A program made the position numbers and the translations under genes. Below, piece by piece: positions 40,600 to 53,115 of a stretch of 64,000 nucleotides of DNA. The DNA lies in assembly GCA_951406725.2 (NCBI GenBank), contig OX597827.1, positions 26,474,001 to 26,538,000 on the forward strand, in the 5' to 3' direction. The notes beneath the pieces are model-generated. The model saw only the letters and a program-made list of their open reading frames with translations. It made no database searches and was not told the origin of the DNA. How positions within the stretch are numbered: position 1 is the stretch's first letter; the number at the start of each line of letters is the position of its first letter. Source of the DNA: Octopus vulgaris. Lineage: Eukaryota.

Positions 40600-41050
40600 A
40601 GCGGTGAAGGCGGCAACCTGATGGAATGGCAAGCACACTGGTCGAAAAGCTTGGCAGTATTTCGCCCAACACTATGTTCTGAGTTCAAATTCCTCTGAGG
40701 ACAACTTTGCCTTTCATACATTCGCGGTCGATAAATTAAGCACCGGTGAAACACTGGGGAACAATGTAATTGCCCAGTCTCCGCCCCACAAATTTCAGGC
40801 CTTGTGCCTACAGTAGAAAGTATTATTGTCAAAGCGGCGATGTGGCAGAAATGTTAGCGCACCGGACAAGATTCTACGCGGCATTTCATCAGTCAATACA
40901 TTCTGAGTTCATATTCAGCCGAGGTCAACCTTGCCTTTAATCTTTTCGGGGTCGAAGAAATGAGTACCAGTTACGTACTGGAGTCAATGTAATCGACTTA
41001 ATACCTTCCTGAAAAAAATAACAGTGCATGTGCCAGTAGTAGAAAGGTTT
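40600..41050 (+). mobile_element. two tandem SINE family A copies
   Basis: family consensus occurs twice. Confidence 0.8.
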
Positions 41051-41280
41051 GTAATTGTTGTTATTGTTGGCCCACGTGGTGTCGGTGTTTGTCTTTCGTC
41101 TTTTCATTTATTTCAGTCATTGGACTGCGGCCATGCTGGGGCACGTCTTTGAAAAACATTAGTCGACCGAATCGACCCCTGTACTTATTTTTAAGCCAGA
41201 TACTTATTCTTTTGTCGTCTTTTAACGAAGCGCTAAGTCACAAGCTGCGGTGGGAGACAAACTCAGACACAAAGACACTC

Positions 41281-41320
<40 letters not shown>

Positions 41321-41341
41321 GTATATATGTATGTATGTGTA

Positions 41342-41421
<80 letters not shown>

Positions 41422-41424
<3 letters not shown>

Positions 41425-41549
41425 GGTGTCCCCAAAAAATGTATACACATAGTGGTTCGGCAAAAGAGAATGATAGAATAAGTAGGCTTACAAAGAATAA
41501 CAAATTTACAATTATTTAAGGTGTGTATACATTTTTGGGGGACACCCTG
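41422..41549. mobile_element. 128-bp Tc1/mariner MITE in (TA)n carrying a SINE-B fragment
   Basis: TA-cagggtgtccccaaaaaatgtatacaca ... tgtgtatacatttttgggggacaccctg-TA (28-bp TIR, one mismatch). Confidence 0.88.
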
Positions 41550-41568
41550 TATATATGTATATATGTAT

Positions 41569-41621
<53 letters not shown>

Positions 41622-41622
41622 C

Positions 41623-41681
<59 letters not shown>

Positions 41682-42287
41682 TTATAAGAACAAACAAGCA
41701 CACATACGCAAATGGAGACTGAAACATATGACCATATATATACACACACTTTACTTCACACAAGGGACACATATGGAGACAGGTCCACACATATAGAGAT
41801 GCACACACATACATGCATATATACATATGCATACACACACATGCATACATACATACACACATACATACGTACAATCATGCATGCATAGGTACACACACAC
41901 ACACACACACACTGACCCACTGACCCACGCACATGCGCACAAACAAACAAAAAGGAACGAAGTATAAATAAAGGACAGAGTCAAGACTATGGAAAAGGTT
42001 GCAAGACGCAACGAGAATTTTAGGAAAATAAAAATAAGAAGTAAGTGAAAATTTTACCGGTGAGTGTGTTAAAGTATACGACACAAAAAGAAAATGACTT
42101 TCCCCAGACAGAACAGAATATGCTTTAACAAACGAACTCATATCAGGAATCTTGCAAACCAAATTAAAAACGAAATATATTTATACATGTATATATATAG
42201 GGAGGGTTTACGAAAAAACAAAAGACGAAGGCAGGTGGTGTACAAAACAAACAGATGTATTAGTATAACGCTCAGGAATAGAAAAGT

Positions 42288-42323
42288 CTTTTATGTTTCG
42301 AGCCTACGCTCTTCTACAGAAAG
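42288..42323 (-). ncRNA. degenerate type I hammerhead in (TA)n-flanked insert 42199-42390
   Basis: minus: CUUU-CUGUAGA-A-GAGC-GUAG-GCUC-GAAAC-AUA-AAAG; stems I and II intact, two substitutions in core and stem III. Confidence 0.6.
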
Positions 42324-42441
42324 GGACACAGAAAAAACAAGGAGGGAAAAAAAATGTGTGTAGTGGTTAACGATCTATCATGGCGACTGTGTATATATAT
42401 ATATATATATATAAAGCAGGATTTATTCGCGTTCAGAGTTG

Positions 42442-42503
<62 letters not shown>

Positions 42504-42899
42504 TATGTATATATGTGTGCGTGTTTGTGCAAGTTTGTGTCTTTGTGTGTGTATGTCTTTGTGTGTGAGTTTCTGTGCGTTTTTGTGTGGGGGGGGGGAG
42601 GGTTGGTGGGTGTGTGTATGCATGTATCCGTAAGCATCCTACAGCGAATCCGAGCTTAAAATAGCTGCAAAATTGTCTACGAACAATGCTAACTCAGCAG
42701 TATTGTGGAAGGTCAGTTCTGCAGCCAACAGAAGCACCCCCTAGCCCTCCGTCTCTCGCCCTAAAACACAGGAAATGCACAGAGACTTCCGGTCTTGCAA
42801 AATACTGGAAGGAACATTAAGTCACTGGATTAATTGCAGTTAATTCTTCACTCGACTATGGTTCGCTAATGCAACGGTAGCCTCAGGTTTGCGTTGCTA

Positions 42900-42901
42900 C
42901 G

Positions 42902-42939
<38 letters not shown>

Positions 42940-43499
42940 GGTGATGTGGTTAGAGTAGTTGCTATTTTGGTGGGGTACAAGAGAAATGTTGGCAGTTGTA
43001 TAACCTTTGGTGATGGCAATAATGTTTTGTATTTGTAGCGGTGGTGGTGTTGCTGGTGTTGGTTGAGGAAGTTGTAGTAGAAGTAGCAGTGGTAGTGTTG
43101 CTGTTGGCGGTCGTGGTGGTGTTGGTGGTGATGCTAGTGTTGGATATAGTTGTAGTAGCGGTGCTAGTGATAGCGGTGGGGAGTTGTGTTTGCAATAGCT
43201 GTGGTGATGGAAGGTGGTATTGTAGTAGGAGTAGTTGTGATGGTGGTGGGGATGGGTGTTGTGATGGTAATATTAAGGGTGGTGGTGGTGGTGGTGCTAG
43301 TTGGTGCAGGTAGGGATAGTAGAATTAGCGTTGATCGTGGAAGGGTTGTGTGGGTTGTGGTGGTAGTAGTAGTAGTAGTAGTGGTGGTGATGATGGTGGT
43401 GGAGGTAGTGGTGGAACTAGTAGCGGTGATAGGGGAAGTGGTAATAGTAGGAGTGGTGGTACTTGTTGTCCTTGAAGCAGCAGCAGCAGTAGCAGTGGC

Positions 43500-43570
<71 letters not shown>

Positions 43571-43580
43571 CGGTGGTAGC
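42900..43580. repeat. (GTA)n/(GTG)n low-complexity tract
   Basis: direct inspection. Confidence 0.85.
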
Positions 43581-45124
43581 GAGAGTCGCATTGATGTTAG
43601 CATTATAGATATTGTTTTCACCATCCTTGCTTTCAGTTTAAGCACAAAAACAGCAGTTTTGAGGGGAGGGTTAGGACCTGTTCAGGATTAGGTTTGAGTT
43701 TAGTCAATACAATTGACCCCTGTTCTTCGACAAATGCTAAAAATCCATTCCAAGAAAACTAACCAAAATTTGACGCGGATGGAATTTGAACCCAGAACGT
43801 AAACAGCCAGAACTCTTTGTGTTCAAATCTACTTAGAACATTAACCCATTGATGGATACAGCTGATTTTTTTTAAAAACTGGAATATAGATTTTAATTAA
43901 TCCCTTTACCCCTTCTTAGCTGTCAGATCTTTCTCGGTAGCCTCCTCTTCCGATGTAGTCTTAGTTGACGTATAGCGTGGAGAATTTAAACCTGCGGGAG
44001 CAGCCCCTTTTCGAGGTCTGGTGCAACCGATTTCTTCCACAGAGAGATGGAAACGGGAGAAAAGGTGGTAGAAGGGAAGAATTGTCAACGCTTAAGGGAC
44101 ACTTTATCGGTCCCGAAAGCAGGAAAATTCGACATTCCTGGCATTCAGACCGCAGACAGCTGGAATAGATAACAAGAAGACTTGTATCCGATGCTTTAAC
44201 TAATCTTTCAATATGCTGTCTGTAAAAGTTCTAAAAATGGTTGTCCAAACGTGAGAACAAGGTGCCCTCTGAACTGTGCGCTTGTGCGCTCGCACACGTT
44301 TTACAAATTGCACACAAAAGGTTTTAAAGATGAATTAGAATTTATTTAATTGAAGATATTTTTCGTTTAATTTCATAATAAAATCGTAATTCACATTTAA
44401 AATTGCTTTGCAATTAGCTTAGAATGCCAGTATGGCATTTGAGCGACGGTTATTCAAATGGATGCGCTCATGTTTACAAAGAATGATAAAAACTACACAC
44501 AGCGGACACGTTTTTGTACACTTCTATAGCAAAAGTGAAGAAGGGACGTTACTTATGACCCTTCTAATGTAATGAGTTACCAACATTCATAAGTTCTTAT
44601 TAAAAATCGAAACCGTGGCAAAGAAATATGATTTGCATAGAGAATTGTTCAAAAGTATGTGAACACAAGATATTCACTTCATGTATTTCTATTAATTTCT
44701 TATAAATTCGAGAGATTTGGCTGTTATTTCTTGCTGGTCGAGTGACAGTGCAGAGGCTCTTTCACTGACTGGTTTAGCTGTGAGCATAATGGTTGGGTGG
44801 ATGGATGACTGTAAAATGGATGCTGCTTGAAGAAATGGACATTAATAATTCATAATTTGAGTTATTAGCTGACTTTTTTAAAATACATTCATCATTAATA
44901 TTCATTTTTAGCTGAAACTTAATCACCTATTAAATTATGCACACTGATATTCAGAATAAGTAAGAGAGTGCAAACGACCGTAGGAATGTAATGTGGTTAA
45001 GGAGCAACGTATGGGAAGTGTAGAATAGCGGTCAAAGCACTAGTGAACTGTACGTGTTTATGAGCTTGTGTGTGTATGTATGTATATGTACATATGTGTG
45101 TTTGTGCACACACACATACAAACG

Positions 45125-45162
<38 letters not shown>

Positions 45163-45584
45163 AACAAACAAGCAGAAACACGCATTTCAATTTTAATCCA
45201 CAATTAATTTCATTCTATTATCTGCGGGTTTTATAGAGATAACGGTTTTTAAGTCTTCAAAGCTTATGAAGCAGATAAATAATATAGAGGGAAATATATT
45301 CTATGTTCTTTAACGAATTCAACTTTATAGCAACCATAGCAGAGTGAATTTCTTAGCCAGAACACTTAATCTTCACATCAATAAATTCCAACATACGTCA
45401 AGCTAAAAGATTTAAAGCTACTCAGAGATCACAATATAAATCTAGATATACTTCAGAATGGAAGTCATAAGATTTAGTCGACAGGTGTACTGGCTTCGTC
45501 ATGGATAGAAAAACATACGGTGAGTACGAACAAGTATATACACACACACACACACACGCAAGCATGCACGCACGCACGCGCACG

Positions 45585-45662
<78 letters not shown>

Positions 45663-45984
45663 CCTTCAGATAATAATTTCTGTACAGCGATATGTAGAAA
45701 TACCAGATCGCCGTTGAATGTTCCCGAATTCCCTGCTGCGTACGAATATAACACGACTGGGTTTTAGTAGATTTATTTTTGTGCATATGTCTCTATGCGC
45801 ATGACAAGAAAACACCGAAAAATGTTTGTGAAACGGTTTGTAAAGTTTCATAAACTGCAGAGTGTTTCATGACTTTTATTTTTATCGTCACACATTTAAT
45901 ATTTCTTTGGTGATCTGCATAACAAAATGTTCCCTATGCTGACAGTGAGACAGTATAATGTTATATATTTTGTTAAACAAGCAA

Positions 45985-46052
<68 letters not shown>

Positions 46053-46053
<1 letters not shown>

Positions 46054-46204
46054 GGCGCAGGAGTGGATCTGTGGTAAGTAGCTTGCTTACCAACCACATG
46101 GTTCCGGGTTCAGTCCCACTGCGTGGTACCTTCGGCAAGTGTTTTCTACTATAGCCGCGGGCCGATTAAAGCCTTTGGTAGACGGAAACTGAAAGAAGCC
46201 CGTC

Positions 46205-46251
<47 letters not shown>

Positions 46252-46570
46252 ACATTATAAAAAAGGGCTTAGTAAAGAAAATTACTTTGCCACATACTGA
46301 ACTCATTAGAAATAAGCAAAAAAGTTTTTTAGCTATTTCTAATACTTGAAGAAAATTTCTCTGAGAGAAATTTTCTTTAAGTATTAGAAATAGCTAAAAA
46401 AACTTTTTTTGGCTGCTATTTCTAATGAGTTCAGTATGTGGCAAAGTAATTTTCTTTACTAAGCCCTTTTATATAATGTAATATTTTGAATTCGCCTTAA
46501 ATGGTCCTTTTACATACTGAATACTTGGTGAAATTGATTAATAACTAATTAATTTTACCCTCAATTGTTG

Positions 46571-46609
<39 letters not shown>

Positions 46610-46836
46610 GCATATAATTATATGTGTGTCTTTTGTCTGTGTTTGATTTCCCACTATTGCTTGACAACCGTTGTCGGGGTGTTTACATCTCTGTAACTTA
46701 GGTGTTCTGGTAAGGGATCGATAGAATAACTACTAGGCTTATAGAGAATAAACCCTAGAGTCGATTTATTCGACTAAAATCATTTAAGGCGGTGCTCCTG
46801 CATGGCCGCATTCAAATGACTGAAACAAGGAAAAGA
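46053..46836 (+). mobile_element. SINE family B split by an insertion into its internal (TA)n
   Basis: head 46053-46206, tail ~46625-46836, foreign block 46250-46576 between TA tracts. Confidence 0.85.
46252..46576. mobile_element. (TA)n-inserted foldback element: ~110-bp arms, ~3-nt loop at 46363, ~95-bp unpaired tail
   Basis: aaaagggcttagtaaagaaaattactttgccacatactgaactcattagaaata and its exact inverse. Confidence 0.85.
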
Positions 46837-48059
46837 ATATATATATATATATATATTCTTTTCCTTGTTTCAGTCATTTGAATGCGGCCATATATATATA
46901 TACATGTTTATGTACCTCACCGTGTTCTTATCTGTGCACACTCTACTATGACCTGTTGTAAAAATCTATGCTACCGTACCCTATTAAACTCCGCATCCTC
47001 CACCATATGTTTACATTATTTCAACACAAGGTTAACTTCCCGTAAAAGTACAGCACCGAAACTTAAAGACATTAATCTCTCACATATTAACCTTTCGCTA
47101 ATCTATCGACCTCCATCCTGAAACTAGAGACATCTAATCAGGCATCTTATTTGGATCAAAATACCAAACATTAAATCGGTGAATTTCAGTTCTTGTAACA
47201 ATATTTTGTTGTTTTACACAATGGCATCGTAAAAATAGGTTTATAAAAACCACCGGAAATATGATGTATATTTGATACGGCAAAGTACATATTGATATAT
47301 TTCTCAAAGATTGACTCTTAATACAGCTCACAATGTTGTCGGCGTTGTTGCTAAGCGTCGAACAGTCAAATGGGATTACATTGTCTTGTGACATATTGAT
47401 GTCCGACACTCGTGAGACGCTGCAGAAATTCCCCAGTGCCACTATGGGGTTTGTCATTCCAACATGCGTAGTTTTATGACGACCTATATTTCAATGCTTC
47501 TGTGTTAATTTCCCCAACACCACCACCAATACCACTCCTATTCCCACGCCGACGACTTCAATTGCTTCTTCATATAGTCATTATAACAATACTTGGTCGT
47601 GGATAGAATTATTGTGGCTGTGTCGATGTATGTTTGTGTACGTACATGGGTTAAGTCTATGTGCGCGTGTGTGTGTACGTACGTGTATGTGTGTGTGTTC
47701 AATTAATAATAGTCATGATCTTCACAAAATATTTTTTATTGGCCTACAATTATTATTACTTTTTCCCCTGTAGATTAAATTTCTTAATTACGGGTTGCAA
47801 AAAAAACGTTGATAATTGTATGTCGTACAATTGTAACTGTTGCGACGGCCCCATACTCCTCTTCCATCTCACACATTTATGCGAAACGTGTAAATTAGCC
47901 GAATGGATATAAAATTTAATAAAAATAAAAAATTGAAATACAGACGAAAAATATTTTTTTATATTTCTTCTTCCAAGAACTGCTTTCTAAATTCATTTTC
48001 AGTTCAATTTTACTAAAGAGTTTTTAATTCTTAGTGTGTATATTAGCAGTCCAGGAATG

Positions 48060-50605
48060 AAGAGTACTGGCGGAATCATTAGGCACTCGACAAAATGTTT
48101 AGGCGATATTTCTTCCAGCTCTCTAACCTCTGAATTCAATTACCAATGAGGTTGACTTTGTCTTTCTTTCTTTTGGGGTCGACGAGTTAAGTACAAATTC
48201 TAGTCCAAGTCCTGGGCTCCCTCCCCAAACAATTTCAGGACTAACGGCTATATTAGAAATAATTTGGCAGTGAGGAATGCAGAGATCTGACAGAATCGCT
48301 TGCACATCGGACAAAAATGCTTAAGTGACATTGTTTCCGGTTCTCTCAGCTCTGAATTCAACTATCAATGGGGTTGACTTTGACTCTCATCTTTTTTAGG
48401 TCGATAGTATAAACACCAGTTGAGTACTGGAATCGACATAGAAAATTGACCCCTTCCCCTCAAAATTTCAAGTCTCCTGCCTATATTAGAGCGAAGTTTA
48501 GCAGCGCAATAGGGCGGAAAGCTTACATAGTAGTGAGAACATTGAGAAAAAATATATAGTGGCGTATCTTCCGATCTTTTTGCATTCTAAGTACAAATCC
48601 AGCCAAAGCAAATTTTTCATTCATTCCTCCAGGGTCACTAAAATAAGATTCCAGCCTAGTACTCGGTCGATGGCATCGGGTAACCCTGCTCCTCTGAAAC
48701 TTCCGGGTCTCTTGCGCCTAAATTGGAAACAATATCAGTCACCCATTCACTTGCACTCAGTCGTTTACGACCACGACGAGGCTCCCATTTGATCCGATCA
48801 ACGGAACAGCTTGCAAGGTAAATTCACGTGCAAGTGGATGAGAACTCCACAGACATGCATACCTTGAATGTAATTCTCAGGGAGATTCAGCGTGACACAG
48901 AGTGTGACAAGGTTCTACTCATTTTTGCCAGCTGAGTGAACTGGAGCAACGTGAAATAAAGTGTCTTGCTGAAGGACACAACCATCTGCCAGGAATCGAA
49001 CTCACGACATTCAACCGAATATCATAACCAGTTAACTAATTGCTTACATATTTCTTTGCGTTCTGAGTTCAAATTCCACCGACATCGACTTTGCCTTTCA
49101 GAGTCGATACCAAAAGTACCAGTTGAACAGTGGGGTCGATGTAATCCTCCCAGAAGATTTCAGGCCTTGTGCCTATAGTAGAAATGGTTATATTATCATT
49201 TATCATTGAGGCAACGATCTGGAATTATCATTACCACTGTGGGTTAAATGCTCAGTGGAATTTCGTCCATTTTGCTATTTGATTTCTAATTCCACCGACG
49301 TCGACTAGGGCTTTCGCTGTTTCAGAGTCGATAAAATAAAAACCAGTCAGATACTGGGGTCCATGAAACTGACTAACCCCTCCTCGAAAATATCAGGCCT
49401 TGCGCCTATAGTAGAGAGGGCTATTATTAATTTTCTGAGTGAGTGTGAGTTTTTTTCGTATCTCAAGTGCATCCTGTAAATTACTGGGGTAAAAATCGAT
49501 AAAAGAGAGACAAAGAGACAAGGCCCGAAATTTTAGGGGTGGGGGCCAGCCGATTACATCGATCCCAGGACTTAAATTACCGTACTTAATTTATTGACCC
49601 CGAAAGGATGAAAGGCAAAGTCAACCTCGGCGGAATTTGAACTCAGAACGTAAAGACTGACGAAACAAAGAGACAAAGAGACAGCACTTTAATACCATGG
49701 ATCGGGTATCTAACAGCGACAATAAGAACATTAATTATCTTTCTACATTGATTAGATGTTACAAATATTAATTCCCAACGTAGGCACAAAACCTCAAGTT
49801 TACAGAATTGATACGGTCAATTATACCGACTCTATTGTATTACTGGATCTTATTTCAAATATTGGTTTCAAATTTTGGTCCTAGGCCAGCATTTTGGAGG
49901 TGGGTGCAAGTCAATTATATCGACCCCATTGTCCTACTGGTATTTATTTTATCAACACCGAGAGGCTTAAAGGCAAAATTGACCTCGGTGGTTTTTCAGC
50001 TCTAAACGCAGAGACGGACGAAAAGCCGTTAAGCATTTTGCCTGGCGCAGTAATGATTTTTTAAGCTCGCCGCCTTTAACATGTTTAATATTCTTTTCTA
50101 CTCTAGGCACAAGGACCGACATGTTTGGGAAGGCAGCCAGTAGATTAGATCGACCCCAGTACGCAACTGGTACTTAATTCGTCGACCCCGGAAGGATGAA
50201 AGGCGAAGTCGACCTCGCCAGAATTTGACCTCAGAACGTAAAGACAGACGAAATGCCGCTAAGCATGTCGCCCGGCATCTTAACGCTTCTGCCAGCTCGC
50301 CGCCTTAAAAAAAGAATGAAAGGCAAAGTCGACCTCGGTAGAATTTGAACTCAGGACGTTAAGACAGACGAAATACCTATTTCCTTACTACTCACAAGGG
50401 GTTAAGCACGGAGAGAACAAACAAGGACAGACAGATTAAGTCGATTATATCGACCCCAGTGCGTAACTGGTACTTATTTAATCGATCCTGAAAGGATGAA
50501 AGGCAAAGTCGACCTCGGCGGAAGTTGAACTAAGAACGTAGAGGCAAACGAAATACCGCTAAGCATTTCGCCCGGCGTGCTAAAGTTTCTGCCAGCTCGC
50601 CATCT
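48060..50605. mobile_element. dense SINE cluster (about 10 family A copies in both orientations, one family C copy at 48758-49040)
   Basis: repeated gaaaggcaaagtcgacctcgg / ccgaggtcgactttgcctttc cores. Confidence 0.8.
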
Positions 50606-50668
50606 TAATTATTACAAATATTGACAAGAAACATATACATTGCACCCTATCCAATACTTTTCTATGTA

Positions 50669-51950
50669 TTGGGTTGTCCGGAACGTTCGTGCCGATTTAT
50701 AGTAGCTTACCTTTCGATTTATTTTAGAACATGGTTGAATTCATAAAACAGGATTTGACTACACCTCCATTTAGAGCACAGTTTAAGCTATCTTTTCGTG
50801 GAAGAAGGTTTATGTTCCTCTAAACTGTGTTAGTTCTGTAACCCTTTAAAATGGAAGATAAAAAAGTTCATTTTCGGCACTTGATGCTTTTCTTTTTCCG
50901 TAAAGGGAAAAGTGCTTCAGAAGCAACCAAAGAAATAAGCGCAGTTTACGGTGATGTTTCTTTATCCGAAAGAAATATACGGAAGTGGTTCGCAACGTTC
51001 CGAGCTGGAGATTGTAGCCTTATTGATAAAGAGCGATCAGGCAGACCATCCACTACAGATGATGGCCAAATCAAGTCATTAATTGAGAATAACCCACATT
51101 GCACAACCCGAGAATTGGCAGAAAGCCTCAACCTATCAAAAATCCGTTGTTCATGAGCACCTGGTAAAGCTTGGGTACACAAATCGCTATGATGTTTGGG
51201 CACCACATGAGTTGAGTGAGAAGAACCTTTTGAATCTCATTTCCATCTGTGATTCGCTTTATAAACGGAATGAAACCGCGCCTGTTTAAAAGCAAATTGT
51301 GACAGGTGATGAGAAATGGATTATCTACCGAAATGTTCAGAGTAATCGATCCTGAAGTAAGCGACATGAGCCACCCATAGCCACCCCAAAAGCGGGTCTT
51401 CACCCTAAAAATGTCTTGCTTTGTGTCAGGTAGGATTAGAAAGGAATTCTGTACTATGAGCTTCTCCCATGTAACCAGACAATTAATTCTGAGAAATACT
51501 ATACACAACTGGACGAGTTAAAAGCAGCAATTCAAGAGAAACATCCAGAATTGGCCAACAGGAAGGGTGTTGTTTTCCAACATGATAATGCAAGACCGCA
51601 TGTTTCTTTGGAAACTAGACAAAAATTGCTGCAGCTCAGCTGGGATGTGTTACTCCGCCCTCCATATTCACCAGATATTGCTCCTTCGGATTTCCACTTA
51701 TTCAGATCTCTGCAGAATAGTCTTAATGATAAAAATTTCAATTTCAATGACGTAAAAAGATACCTTCATGAATTCTTTGCCATGAAACCCTCTCAATTCT
51801 AGGAAGAGGGTATTTTCAAGTTAAAGGAAAGATGGAGACGCATTGTGCAACAAAATGGTTCATATTTGTTTGATTATACATGTAATGGCAAGTATTTATT
51901 GACCTTTCTCTTTCCTTTAAAAATCGGCACGAACTTTCCGGACAACCTAA
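50669..51950 (+). mobile_element. full-length mariner transposon (DD34D), 1282 bp, with TIRs and TA target duplication
   Basis: TA-ttgggttgtccggaacgttcgtgccgattt ... aaatcggcacgaactttccggacaacctaa-TA. Confidence 0.95.
50851..51880 (+). pseudogene. mariner transposase, frameshifted and with stops
   Basis: MEDKKVHFRHLMLFFFRKGKSA..RSGRP; VWAPHEL; VTGDEKW; FQHDNARPH; PPYSPDIAPSDFHLF. Confidence 0.93.
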
Positions 51951-52393
51951 TACAAATAACAATGGAGATGCCAATGAGATGTTTTTCGCTTGCTAGAAAT
52001 AGCAAGCAAATTTCTTCTTAAATTTTATTCTAACGTTTAAAGCATCTGCGCTGTACCCCGCTCTGTAAGAAAAACTATCCCAAATATCCCTCAAACAACG
52101 CCTGACCCGACAATTTAAAATAAAGAACGGATGCACTGGAGTAACATAGTTGTATATATCTCCAAAATGATGGGATGGTCACCGATGGAATAATTTTAGA
52201 CAAAATGTCTACTCGACCAGGTTTGAAAAGCGGCTTAAAAACAAACTCTACAACAGCAGCAACAAAAAACAAAAACAAAAAAGAAACTAATGGAGAATTC
52301 ATATAATATTAACAAAAAATATAAAATGAAAGGAAAACCACTGTCTTGTCGCAAGACTAACTTTGCATCGAGGCTAAAATCGTTATTTCTTCA

Positions 52394-52455
<62 letters not shown>

Positions 52456-52935
52456 CTGATGTACAATCTACGGACATTTTAACTCTCGTAACTATCGCTT
52501 CTGCGTTATTATACGTGGTTTCAATATGTGTTAATGTAATATTTAATGTCCTGCTGTTTTGCCATTGTCCTTACGCTGATTGAATTATCGAACATGTTTC
52601 TATCCCCTGAACCGATCAGGTTTCTCTCAGGAATGCAGTTCAATGAATACTTTCTAATACGTTCACAATAAATTCATTCGACATCCAATGCCTACCGTCA
52701 ACCAATGTGTCTTCATGTTCATCCAACACAAAATCAGCGCATATTTTTTTTATTTTGGTCGTTCATGCGTGTATATATATATGTGTGCATGTGTGAAAAT
52801 GTATGTATATATGTATATATCTATGTATACATGCATATATGTAGACGTATATGTATACATACATACATGTAAGAATACATACACATATATATGTCGATGT
52901 GTATGTATAAGAATATATATTTGTGTGTGTACGTG

Positions 52936-52971
<36 letters not shown>

Positions 52972-53050
52972 CAGAAAGAGAGAAAGAGAGAGCGAGCAAG
53001 AGAGAGAGACAGACGTAGATAACTCTATACATGCCTATGCATATATAAAC

Positions 53051-53115
<65 letters not shown>

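Noticed and set aside
42962-43645. Thr-rich mucin-like and Val-rich ORFs
   Set aside because: Degenerate (GTA)/(GTG) trinucleotide tract
44258-44552. Possible hAT MITE termini (also 9150-9225, 32380-32560)
   Set aside because: TIRs too degenerate and no TSD identified
46420-46455. CTAATGA..GCAAAGTA as a hammerhead in the 46252 foldback
   Set aside because: Both core halves deviate and stem II does not pair
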